From positions 96,001-160,000 of the forward strand of contig OY781964.1 in assembly GCA_963677485.1 (NCBI GenBank): a stretch of 64,000 nt of DNA, given 5' to 3'. The notes under the pieces were generated by a model that did not search any database, had not been told where the DNA came from, and saw nothing but the letters and a program-made list of their open reading frames with translations. The number at the start of each line of letters is the position of its first letter. Position 1 is the first letter of the stretch. This stretch comes from Armatimonadota bacterium (GTDB lineage: Bacteria > Armatimonadota > HRBIN16). Made by a program: the position numbers and the translations under genes. Below, piece after piece: positions 41,471 through 50,943 of the stretch.

Positions 41471-41577
41471 GCCGCGACATCATTGTCTCGGCTATTGATC
41501 ATCAAGTCCGTTGAAACGGACTGCGGCACTTCGTGCCGTTTGGGGTAAGGTGCCCCAGGCTGCTTCAGCAGTCTTGT
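41471..41577. repeat. Left part of an inverted repeat doublet interrupted by IS110
   Basis: 41471-41522 is an inverted copy of the repeat at 41-91; the right arm starts at 41557 and resumes at 43393. Confidence 0.72.
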
Positions 41578-41688
41578 AAGTAACCTTTATACGGCGATCA
41601 TACCACCTATTGGGTATAGAATGCCTGTCGGAGCTGCCTATGCACTTCTCCGATAAAATTGTGCTTGAAAGCATCGAAAATCAAATGG

Positions 41689-43128
41689 TCAGACGGCTTC
41701 GATCAGATCGAAACCTAACTTCTTGGCCCTCTTTCTCATGGCTGCAACTTGATGAGACTGATACCTCGCTTCGTAATCCTGAACCCCAAGATCAACGTAT
41801 TGCTGGCCGTCTTTTAGCAGATGGTAGTACATCCTGGCGATTTTGTATGCGGTGGCATAGAGAGCTTTAGGCTTACTGATGCGAGCCGCTAAGCGTCTTT
41901 AGAAAGCACCGTAAGCATTATCAGAACGTATAGTCGCAACGGCCGACTGCAGAAACAGAACGGCCGCAGGATGTATGCCAGGCCGGGTACGGCTCGATAG
42001 CCGTTTACCTCCGCTGATCTTCTGAACCGGCGCAAGACCAAGGTATGACCCGAAATGTCGATCCGTTTTCCACTTATCCATGTCGTAGCCTAACATAGAC
42101 AGAAGGCCCAGAGCTGTGAGACCGCCGATTCCTGGTAGCTGGGTTGGGTCTACACCCAGAAACAGTGTCACCATCGCACCAGCATTAAATGGCGGTGGAT
42201 GTTTTCCCTGGTTGACTGGGTGGGTTTCCAAGCTAACAGCTTCCGTGATCTGATCATCATTCTCAGGCATGATCGCAGTAAGATGCTGTAATATCTGAGC
42301 ATCGATCTGAGCGATTTGAGCCTGATGGAAAAGATGGTCGTTTCGGGCTATCTTGAGAGCAAACACCAGGTGGGGTTGGTAATACCCTGTCAAAGCCGCA
42401 TAAAGCTCTTCATCGGTGCAGTGACATCGATGATCGCGATATGACGCCAGTTTGACTGGATCACGCTCTCCATTCACGATCGCGTCCACGATACGCTGAC
42501 CAGTCACTCCATCCAGGTCGCTTATTACCTGGTGCGGGCGCAGATTCATCATATCCAGAGCCCTCTGCTGGCGACGGACCGCATCACCGCAGAATTCCAC
42601 TTGTTTACTTCGTTGGTGCCAGAATTCTAGCAACGGGCGAATGTCTTCGCTCGGGCGAAACGAGGCTGAAAGCAAGCCGAATTTATGCAGCTTCTGTAAC
42701 CAACGTGCGTCTAGCTTGTCATCTTTCGGGCGTCCAGGAACATTCTTAGCATGGCTTGGGTTCACCAGAAATACTTCGATGCCGGCCTTCTCCAGAGCAT
42801 CGTACACCGGAATCCAGTAGACACCGGTCGCCTCCATCGCCACCGTAGTCACGGCATGCGATTTCAGATACTCAACCCACACCGTCAGATCCGGGGTCAT
42901 TCCCCCCACCTCTATGACCTCAAGCTCTGTTTCACTGATCTCCAGAGCGATGAAGTGAGCGCCGCGCCCTGCTAGGTCAATGCCCGCTGCATTGCGGTGG
43001 ATCACCTGGAGATCCTCTTTTGGATAATGAGCTACGAACCGAGGGGCCGGTACACGGCGCGACAACAGGGAGTGGGAAGGAGGCTTGGCCTCTACAGGCG
43101 AGTTGTCTTTTCGAGAGTGCTGTGCCAT
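41689..43128 (-). pseudogene. IS110 DEDD recombinase with an in-frame TAA at 41899-41901
   Basis: AAGID, MEATGVYW, KDDKLDARW, LPGIG, ISGG; same frame continues after GAF* as RRLAARISKPKALYATAYKIARMYY...RKRAKKLGFDL to TGA at 41689. Confidence 0.88.
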
Positions 43129-43164
43129 TGTTTGATCCTCACACTTAGAAATATGAACACATCT

Positions 43165-43312
43165 CGAGCCGGAAAGGCATATGCGTGAAATCTTGTAATC
43201 GGGTTCACTCGGGTTCGCCACCGAGCACTACACCATCTGGCTGATCAGCCACCTTTCCGCCCCATGCTTGTTAACGGGCTATTATGCACCAAAGACTGTC
43301 CGGGGATGCTGT
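43165..43312 (-). ncRNA. Putative IS110 bridge RNA
   Basis: Two stem-enclosed internal loops carrying segments matching target (CAGTCT / AACAAG) and donor (CAGATGGT / TTACAAG); ends approximate. Confidence 0.75.
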
Positions 43313-43538
43313 CAAGAGATGTGTGCTATAAATGTACCTGAAACGCATCAGTTACAGTATGGGCTGCCGGGTAGGCACGGGCGGATGCTTGTTTGTCAAT
43401 AGCCGAGACATTGATGTCGCGGCGGCGAGGGCCTCTAGCTTTGATATCCACCGCACCACCCATCTCCGCCCATCGCACGTGAGCCACCATGGTAAAATAG
43501 ACAAAACATCCCAGCACTATCAGAAAGGTTTCTCTCAC

Positions 43539-46109
43539 ATGCATTTTCTGACACGCCCCAGCTTACTGCTTGCTGCGCTATTACTGACTGGCAGCACGCA
43601 GGCTCAGCCCCTGAGCATCAGCAACGACTACATCCGCATCGATGGTGCAGATGGCGTCATCAAGTCGCTGCGAGTATCATCCACACCCAAAGGCAAGCTC
43701 AGCGATAACATCATCAACGGCTTTAGCCTATTCTCGCCGGTAGCGAATAAATCGGCCAAAGTAACCATAGATAAAAAGTCCCATACCATGCGTATACAAA
43801 ACGCGGCGTATGGCTTGACACGAATCATCGAGTATCCAACCACTAACCCATCATACCCGGTGGAATTGAAACCAGGCGGAGTGTTGGCACAACAGATACA
43901 ATTCAAGTCAGGCCGTATCCGCCGCGTTGCTGCACAATGCCCCACCTGGAACAAAGGCGACTGCACCGCCACATTCAGCTTATACCGAATAGCCAATGGT
44001 AAAAGGCAGCTCGTATCACAAATGCGTCCCCAACTGGTCGGCGATGGCACTACCGTGTGGCTGGACGCAAAGAACTCCCCAGCGGGCACCTATTCATTTG
44101 AGATGTCTAGTCCCAAAGGCACCATCGGCTGGTGGCAGCCCACCAGCAACGGTCCGGTGCCCGGATCATCATTTACCAACGGACAGGAAGTCAAAGGGAA
44201 ACACTACGCCCTCAAAATTGAGGCTATTCTGACCGGCTATGCGAATGCCGTGTGTAAGTTGGATGGCCCGAAACTGACCATTAACTACCAACCCACCAGC
44301 AAGCTAGGTGACGCGAAACCCTGGATTTCCGTGAAGATGGGCTGGGTCAAGAACGGCTATGATGTCAGCAGCCCGAAGATCAAGTTCAACTATGTGTATT
44401 CCAACAACGACATCGTGGTGCCGGCATACCTATTCAAGCGGCGCACCGAATCTTACTCATGTAATTTTCAATGGTTGCGCTTCAACGGCCGGATCGGTGC
44501 AGACATCCAGATCGAACCTGCACAGATGAAGGCTGACATCAGCGACACCGAGCTGGACTGGCACATCAATGGCACCAGTCTGCGTCTGTCGGTACTCCCC
44601 CACCAGAACGGTTACCCAAAGCACCTGACCTCGTTCGACAGCAGCAATCCCAAGCTCACAAACCCCATCAACGAGTTCTTATTCACGCACAACTACAGCC
44701 ACGATATCGGGGTGAACCCAGACTGGGCTGACTGGATGAGCGCGCAGATGTGCTACACCACAAGCCGACAGGCAACCCAATATGAAGGGGTGATCAACGG
44801 CCATTACATCCAGCCGAACGGCTATGTCAACTCGTGGGGATCCATGCCCGGCTGGCCATTCCCCTTCGCCGATGCGAACGGCGACGGGTTAAATGACCTG
44901 GACACCCGCCACATGCCTACCAATCCTAACCTGATCATTGGGTCACAGAGGCTGGCCGCCTGGAATGGCGACAGCAGCTATCTAGCCACAGTGGTCAACC
45001 GCGCACGTCGCGCCATGGAGTTCATGTTGATTGACCTTGGCGGTAAGGATGGCTTGTTGGTCATCGACTACCCAGGTCTGCAGGGTCGCAACAACGAGTT
45101 TGGCTCCAACTATTGGGACATCACGCCGTTCGGTTATAAATGCGCATTCACCAACAGCATCTTCCCACGATCCCTTGAGGCCATGGCTGTGCTGGAAGAG
45201 ATGATAGCGGCCGATCCGAAGGCCCAGAAGCTTCTACCCGCCACTTCCCTACCATCACGTGATCCAGGCTACTACCGGGCTCTAGCGAAAACCGCGGTCA
45301 AGAAATACAACGAGATCTTCTGGCTTGAGGATAAGAATCGCTACGCAGGCTGCATCGACAAAGACGGCACAGTGCATGACTACGGCTTCACCTTTGTCAA
45401 CCTCCAGGCGATGGCCTTTGGCGAAGCCAGTCCAGAGCGTGCGCGACGGATATTCAACTGGATGGAGACCGGCACCAGCTACACGGGCAAGCAAGACATC
45501 ATCAGCAAACACGTCTTTGCCATGCGCGCCAGTGCAGAACTGAATCCATCAAAGACGGCTTCACAGACACCTAAGCCAAGTTGGTGGCACCGCGATTGGC
45601 CCGGCACCGACTTTGAGGAGCAATGCCAGGCAGGTGGGGCTATTCTATACACCACAGCCCATGAAATCATGGCGCGGCAGAAGCTACTGGGCACCGAAAA
45701 CGCATGGAGCCGCTTCAAGCAGGTTCTTGGCCGCTACATGCTTGGTGACCGCCTCTCCGGTGGAAGTCCACTTATCACCGGGCAGACCTCTCAGGGCGGT
45801 CCTGGGGGCACTGCAGGGGCATGTGGCATCGAGGGTGAGTTCCCCGAAAGCGGTCTGGTGCCCAGCCAGTTCCTATATGTATTCATGGGCATCGACGCCA
45901 GCAAAGACGGCCTGCGGATCGCGCCAAACCTCCCGACCGACCTAAACTGGGCGAGCGTGAAAAACATGCGCTGGGATAAGCTGGTTTGGGACGTGCGTGT
46001 CGACCGTCAGCAGATCACCATGAAATGCCTGACGAAAGGCCATCAGCAGACCATCACCCGCCCGTTGGCTTCAGACGCAGTGACCATACGCCGCGATGAG
46101 GTGAAATAG
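43539..46109 (+). CDS. Exported putative (alpha/alpha)6 glycoside hydrolase; paralog of 19816-22410
   Basis: AGAAAGG RBS before MHFLTRP signal peptide; SNYWD, DYGFTFVN, CQAGGAILY, GEFPESGLVP, GLRIAPNLP. Confidence 0.7.
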   Translation: MHFLTRPSLLLAALLLTGSTQAQPLSISNDYIRIDGADGVIKSLRVSSTPKGKLSDNIINGFSLFSPVANKSAKVTIDKKSHTMRIQNAAYGLTRIIEYPTTNPSYPVELKPGGVLAQQIQFKSGRIRRVAAQCPTWNKGDCTATFSLYRIANGKRQLVSQMRPQLVGDGTTVWLDAKNSPAGTYSFEMSSPKGTIGWWQPTSNGPVPGSSFTNGQEVKGKHYALKIEAILTGYANAVCKLDGPKLTINYQPTSKLGDAKPWISVKMGWVKNGYDVSSPKIKFNYVYSNNDIVVPAYLFKRRTESYSCNFQWLRFNGRIGADIQIEPAQMKADISDTELDWHINGTSLRLSVLPHQNGYPKHLTSFDSSNPKLTNPINEFLFTHNYSHDIGVNPDWADWMSAQMCYTTSRQATQYEGVINGHYIQPNGYVNSWGSMPGWPFPFADANGDGLNDLDTRHMPTNPNLIIGSQRLAAWNGDSSYLATVVNRARRAMEFMLIDLGGKDGLLVIDYPGLQGRNNEFGSNYWDITPFGYKCAFTNSIFPRSLEAMAVLEEMIAADPKAQKLLPATSLPSRDPGYYRALAKTAVKKYNEIFWLEDKNRYAGCIDKDGTVHDYGFTFVNLQAMAFGEASPERARRIFNWMETGTSYTGKQDIISKHVFAMRASAELNPSKTASQTPKPSWWHRDWPGTDFEEQCQAGGAILYTTAHEIMARQKLLGTENAWSRFKQVLGRYMLGDRLSGGSPLITGQTSQGGPGGTAGACGIEGEFPESGLVPSQFLYVFMGIDASKDGLRIAPNLPTDLNWASVKNMRWDKLVWDVRVDRQQITMKCLTKGHQQTITRPLASDAVTIRRDEVK

Positions 46110-46128
46110 CCGCTACAGAAAAAGCATT

Positions 46129-46160
46129 AGACGGATCCGACATACCGGCCGGATCCGTCT
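46129..46160. terminator. Bidirectional terminator between convergent genes
   Basis: AGACGGATCCG...CGGATCCGTCT stem. Confidence 0.65.
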
Positions 46161-46183
46161 GATTTCAAATATCACTTGCCAGG

Positions 46184-47464
46184 CTACCTTCCGCAGCAGC
46201 GCTTATACTTCTTCCCGCTGCCGCACGGGCAGGGGTCGTTACGGCCAGGCGCAGGCTTATCAGGGGCTGCGGTGATGATCGGAGCATCTGGCCGATAATC
46301 CATCATGTCCTGCCCTTCATCAATCCAGCTGATCATCCTTGCCCAGGCGTCATGCGTGTGCCGATAGAACTTCCAGTATCCCTCACACAGCAGATTGTGG
46401 CCGGGCTCTCCGTATTTACTCACACCTTTGCGGTCTTTCAGACACCCGCCATGGCAATATGTCAGATATTGACACTCTTTGCACTGGCGGGTGAGGGCGG
46501 TGTCTTTGCTCATACCCCATTCTATCTGCGAGGGTAGTTGAACCAGGTATGCCAAATCTTCTTCAAGGATGTTTCCCAGTTTATGATCAGGGGTCACAAA
46601 ATGATCGCAGGAATACAGATCACCGTTGTGCTCCAGCACCACGTTATTCCCGCAGTATTTGCTGTGAACACATAAGCTGGGATTGAACTCACCTACCGCT
46701 TCCAGTGCGTTGTGGAAGAGCTGCACATAAACCGTGGCCGTTTCCTTCCTGTGCCATTCATCAAATACCCCGCACAGGAAGCTCCCCCACGCATCTGCTG
46801 TCACACTCCACTCGGTCAAACTGCCATCGGGCAATAGTTCCACCGCCGGGATGAACTGCATCCATTCCACACCCAGCTCCCTGAAATAGCGATAAAGCTG
46901 CTTAGGTTGCGTTGCATTCACGCTGTTGACCACACAAAGCACATTGCACTGCATGTGATGTCGCATCAACAGCTTCAGTGCCGCCTCTACCCGCTCATGG
47001 GTTCCTTCGCCACCCAGCGTGTGCCGGTGCGCGTTGTGCATGTGCGCCGGGCCATCCATACTAAGGCCTACCAGGAAGTTATTCTCAGCCAGGAACTCAC
47101 ACCACGCATCATCAAGCAGCAACCCATTAGTTTGCAGGGCGTTGGCCACTTCGCAACCGTCGGGTCTGTAGCCATGCTGCAGTTCGACCGCTTCTTTGAA
47201 GAAGTCCAGCCCCATCAGCGTCGGTTCCCCTCCCTGCCACAGGAAGTTAACTGGGCTCCGGTCAGCCATACACCGTATATATTGCTTAGTGTAGGCTTCT
47301 AGAACCTCGCTGTTCATTCGGAAGTTGCTGCCGTCATCCAGCATCTCCTGCTTCCGCAGATAGAAGCAATACTCGCAGCCTATGTTGCAGATCGGGCCAC
47401 GGGGCTTTGCCATCACCGAGATGGGGAACGGCAGGTATTTATCTTCTTGCGGTACGTTCAACAT
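46184..47464 (-). CDS. Anaerobic sulfatase maturase-like radical SAM/SPASM protein with SEC-C tail
   Basis: CNIGCEYC, WQGGEPTL, YSCDH, SPASM cysteines, GRNDPCPCGSGKKYKRCC. Confidence 0.9.
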   Translation of the reverse strand: MLNVPQEDKYLPFPISVMAKPRGPICNIGCEYCFYLRKQEMLDDGSNFRMNSEVLEAYTKQYIRCMADRSPVNFLWQGGEPTLMGLDFFKEAVELQHGYRPDGCEVANALQTNGLLLDDAWCEFLAENNFLVGLSMDGPAHMHNAHRHTLGGEGTHERVEAALKLLMRHHMQCNVLCVVNSVNATQPKQLYRYFRELGVEWMQFIPAVELLPDGSLTEWSVTADAWGSFLCGVFDEWHRKETATVYVQLFHNALEAVGEFNPSLCVHSKYCGNNVVLEHNGDLYSCDHFVTPDHKLGNILEEDLAYLVQLPSQIEWGMSKDTALTRQCKECQYLTYCHGGCLKDRKGVSKYGEPGHNLLCEGYWKFYRHTHDAWARMISWIDEGQDMMDYRPDAPIITAAPDKPAPGRNDPCPCGSGKKYKRCCGR

Positions 47465-48195
47465 GCCTTTATCTTCTTAACCTCTTTTGACAACTGCGTG
47501 TATGGACGCGGGTAGCCCTTAGCAGTGGCTTGAATCTTCTCGCAAAACCAGAAGCTGTTGGTGATGTCCGTCATCGGCACCTCAACCTCATGCACCTCGG
47601 GACGGCCGCCGCCCAGACGTTGAATCTGAGGCTCTGAAACCTCAAGCTCCGCCCACTGCGTGCGCCGTTTAGACCAAATCGCCACACCACCAAGCTTCAC
47701 AAACGGCAAGGTCCATTCCGAAAGAGCCCAAAGGTGTGCCACGGCCCGTGCAGTGGCCATGTCATACTTACCGCGGTAATCGCCGCTCTGCCCGGCCTCT
47801 TCGGCCCGAGCGACCACACACTTTACCTTCTCCAGCCCAAGTTCAGCCACCAGTTCCGACAGGAAATCAATGGGGTCATGCCGGCTGTCCATTAGGGTGA
47901 GTTTGATCTCTGGGCACATGATCTTGAGTGGCAGGCCAGGAAAGCCGCCGCCGGTGCCGATGTCCAGCACCAATTGGCCTGAGGTGGGCTTCCACACAGC
48001 CAGCAGGCTGAGCGAGTCCAGGAAGTGGTGGGTCAGTGTCTTTTCAGGGGGTATGGCAGTCAGGTTCATGCGTTGCGAGGCTTCATGCAGACGCGCCGCA
48101 TACAGCATGAACATATCGAGTTGCTGGGTAGAGGGTTCAAGTGAAAGCTGCTGACATGCAGCCAATAAGTCGGATCTAAAATCTAGTGTCATCAC
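47458..48195 (-). CDS. rsmG: 16S rRNA m7G527 methyltransferase
   Basis: MNLTAI, HFLDSL, DIGTGGGFPG, RAEE, ARAVA. Confidence 0.93.
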   Translation of the reverse strand: MMTLDFRSDLLAACQQLSLEPSTQQLDMFMLYAARLHEASQRMNLTAIPPEKTLTHHFLDSLSLLAVWKPTSGQLVLDIGTGGGFPGLPLKIMCPEIKLTLMDSRHDPIDFLSELVAELGLEKVKCVVARAEEAGQSGDYRGKYDMATARAVAHLWALSEWTLPFVKLGGVAIWSKRRTQWAELEVSEPQIQRLGGGRPEVHEVEVPMTDITNSFWFCEKIQATAKGYPRPYTQLSKEVKKIKAC

Positions 48196-48205
48196 ACTAT
48201 AGATT

Positions 48206-49267
48206 TTATCGCTTACCCACCGTCAATTGCACTTTGCGTCGAGCATTGCCATTGGTTAACGCGATGTCAAGCACATCACCCGGTTTGACAGCGCGGATGA
48301 AGGAGGCCACATCTGACAATCGGGCGACCCTTGTCGTGTTGAGCGACATGATCACATCACCAGGCTCAATTCCCGCTGAAGCTGCCGGACCGTCAGGCAT
48401 CACGCTCTTGATCAACGCGCCATAGCCCTGAGGAGCATCAACCATCGTGACCCCAAGGAAGGGTCGTTCCAGTTTGCCCTCACGCATTTTTTGCAGCACA
48501 CTCACCACATCGTTAATGGGGGTGGCCAATGCACTGGAGCTGCGGTTCATCACATCGCCTTGCGGATAGACGCTGGCCACCACGATGCCGATGACTTCAC
48601 CGTGCACATTCACAACCGCGGAGCCGGGTGAACCAGGGCCCACAGGACCGGAAATCTGCAGCAGGTTGCTCAAGGTGGTGGCTCCATCGTTCAAAACCAC
48701 ACTGCGGCCCTTGCCAGCCAGTATGCCGAAGGCCACGCTGCGGTCATACCCGCCGATTCCGCCCACGGTCACCACAACTCCACCCACGGACACCGCATTG
48801 GAGTCGCCAAACTTCAAGGGGACCATATCCACAGGTAACTCAACGGTCTTCAATAGTGCAGTGGCATTCAACTCATCAATGCTGATCAGTTTTGCATCAA
48901 ACCGGCGGCCTGTATTACCTTGCACGCTGCAGCGCTTTGCGCCGCGGACCAAATCCGCACTGGTTAGTATGAAGCCCTTGGTGTCGATCAGGAATCCGCT
49001 GCCCTTCGTGGGCGGCAACGGTCCGGCGGGAGCCACAGATTTGACCATCTCATTTGCATTTTCAAGCAAGCCAGGGTTTTCGTAGATGCCCGAAGCCCGA
49101 TTTCCGCCAAACGCTTCCACGGCCACCACACCTGGAAGCACACGTGTCGCTAACTCGCTGACCTCCTTATTCATCTGGTCTAAAGCCCCTTGAGCGGAGG
49201 CGAAGGCACTCATCCCTATGAGGGCGGCAGCAAATAACGAGATATGTCGAAAAACACGTGCATTCAC
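48206..49267 (-). CDS. HtrA/DegP-like trypsin-fold + PDZ protein, catalytic triad absent
   Basis: GSGFLI, GDS, GEVIGI and PDZ (FLGV..GPAASAGIEPGDVI) retained; TSADLV, NATAL, PGSPGS replace the His, Asp and Ser motifs. Confidence 0.85.
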   Translation of the reverse strand: MNARVFRHISLFAAALIGMSAFASAQGALDQMNKEVSELATRVLPGVVAVEAFGGNRASGIYENPGLLENANEMVKSVAPAGPLPPTKGSGFLIDTKGFILTSADLVRGAKRCSVQGNTGRRFDAKLISIDELNATALLKTVELPVDMVPLKFGDSNAVSVGGVVVTVGGIGGYDRSVAFGILAGKGRSVVLNDGATTLSNLLQISGPVGPGSPGSAVVNVHGEVIGIVVASVYPQGDVMNRSSSALATPINDVVSVLQKMREGKLERPFLGVTMVDAPQGYGALIKSVMPDGPAASAGIEPGDVIMSLNTTRVARLSDVASFIRAVKPGDVLDIALTNGNARRKVQLTVGKR

Positions 49268-50148
49268 TAGAGTGATAACCCCGATTCGGTTGGTGTTCCG
49301 AAAGATTCCATGGGAACGGCAGCCATGGCTGAGCTGCTGAGAGTCACATCGCTCACCCGTAGGGAAGCTTTACTGACTCCGCCACCTGCACCGGAGCCAA
49401 GCATGTGATCAGCACTGGCTATTGAATGCAAATCTATAGGAACAGACTTCGCCATCATCGCCATGGTTTGTGTGGCCGCAGACCTTAGATTTATTGATAC
49501 CCGACTTGACCGTATAGGTTCCTGCTGCTCGCCAATGCTTGGCCCACTGAGCATCTGTGCGGAGGCCATCAGTTGTCTGTCTACAATGCGCGAACGCACA
49601 GGCATCACAGGCACGGAGACCAGGCCGCTTTTTCGGACAGGCGATGGCCTCGAAGCCACATGTTGATATACCTTCGGCTGTTTCGCTGGCATTGTTGATA
49701 CAGCCTGCGCCGGCATGAAGGCCTTGAGCTCATCCACACTGAACAACGGCATCTGCGGTTCGGCTGAGGCGACCACTTGCTGCGAATTCGAATTCTGCCT
49801 CGCGGACGGTTGCGGATTGAACAGGTCCCGATGACTGTAGTCTGTGCCGACCACCGCGAGCACAACGGCTGCCACAAGCGAACCTACCCAAAGCCCAGGC
49901 GAGATCACGAATCCGAGCGGCGATGTCACCATAAAGGGGCGCACTGATAGGGGCTTATAACCACCAAAAGGCTCTGCTGGGAGGCGCGTCAGGGCCTGCT
50001 TAGTCATAGAGCGTAGTTCGCCGCTCAAGCTGAGCTGGCGATGACAATGACTACAGGTCTGAGTGTGCTTGGTCAGCACGGCAGGCAGTTTCTCAGGCTT
50101 ATCTGCGTAGTCAAGATACCATTCCACGAAACGGCATAGTATGCTCAT
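49267..50148 (-). CDS. Putative zinc-binding membrane anti-sigma factor
   Basis: HTQTCSHC (HxxxCxxC) motif, single TM helix, overlaps ECF sigma stop. Confidence 0.75.
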   Translation of the reverse strand: MSILCRFVEWYLDYADKPEKLPAVLTKHTQTCSHCHRQLSLSGELRSMTKQALTRLPAEPFGGYKPLSVRPFMVTSPLGFVISPGLWVGSLVAAVVLAVVGTDYSHRDLFNPQPSARQNSNSQQVVASAEPQMPLFSVDELKAFMPAQAVSTMPAKQPKVYQHVASRPSPVRKSGLVSVPVMPVRSRIVDRQLMASAQMLSGPSIGEQQEPIRSSRVSINLRSAATQTMAMMAKSVPIDLHSIASADHMLGSGAGGGVSKASLRVSDVTLSSSAMAAVPMESFGTPTESGLSL

Positions 50149-50747
50149 TCTGGGCCCCCTTGCATATCGATCAGTTTTTGTTTCAACTGACGGCGAGCTC
50201 GGAAAATTTTAAGCTTAACACTACCGACGGTACACTTCAACACTGTCGCGATTTCCGAATATTCCATATCATCAAGATCGCGCATCACAAGCATCAGTCT
50301 ATGATGGGCAGGCAGCTCAGAAATAGCTTTCCGTACAAGCTGCTGTGTATCACTCACGATTGCTTTGCGCTCAGGGTCTTCTTTATCATCAGCCGGCAAA
50401 TCCCACTCGATGGGAACTTGCTTCACTTTTTTATTACGTTTGATGTGGTCAAAACACAGGTTGACGGCGATACTGGTGATCCAGGTACGGAATTGAGAAT
50501 CTCCACGGAAACTGGCTAGCGCGCGATATCCCTTAATAAATGCTTCTTGAGTTAAATCCTCAGCATCCGCCTGGTTGCCCACAATGCTATAAACCTTGCG
50601 AAACACAGCGACGCGATGGGTCTCCCACAATAGCTCAAAAGCATGTGGATCTCCATCGCGACATAAATCTACCAGTTCGAAATCTGGTTTTTGAGTTGGT
50701 GTCTCCGCTGAGCGGTTCAAGCTCCACTCCAAAGTCTGTGTTTGCAT
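50145..50747 (-). CDS. ECF RNA polymerase sigma factor
   Basis: GD..AFE, DAEDLTQEAF, FRTWI..IAVN, YSEIA, GSVKLKIFRAR. Confidence 0.94.
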   Translation of the reverse strand: MQTQTLEWSLNRSAETPTQKPDFELVDLCRDGDPHAFELLWETHRVAVFRKVYSIVGNQADAEDLTQEAFIKGYRALASFRGDSQFRTWITSIAVNLCFDHIKRNKKVKQVPIEWDLPADDKEDPERKAIVSDTQQLVRKAISELPAHHRLMLVMRDLDDMEYSEIATVLKCTVGSVKLKIFRARRQLKQKLIDMQGGPE

Positions 50748-50943
50748 CCTGTCACCCTCTATTGTAGGCCATTCTCGCTAGAAAAGCGCGTGTCGAGTAA
50801 AAAGTGGGTCTAAAATCTACTTGTTCGAAAAATTAGACGTATAACAGACCATCAAGTTACCAACCGACGGCCTGTCTACATAACCATAAATACCGCTTTG
50901 GTAGAATACACTATAAGCATCAGGACGACATGGAGGTTTAACC

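Larger units (their letters stand above)
41578..43392 (-). mobile_element. IS110-family insertion sequence
   Basis: Bounded by CTTGT at 41573-41577 and 43388-43392; removal restores the repeat seen at 41-91; no terminal inverted repeats. Confidence 0.85.

Noticed and set aside
43332-43538. N-terminal extension of the 925-aa ORF
   Set aside because: Overlaps the IS110 end and repeat; RBS and signal peptide indicate a start at 43539
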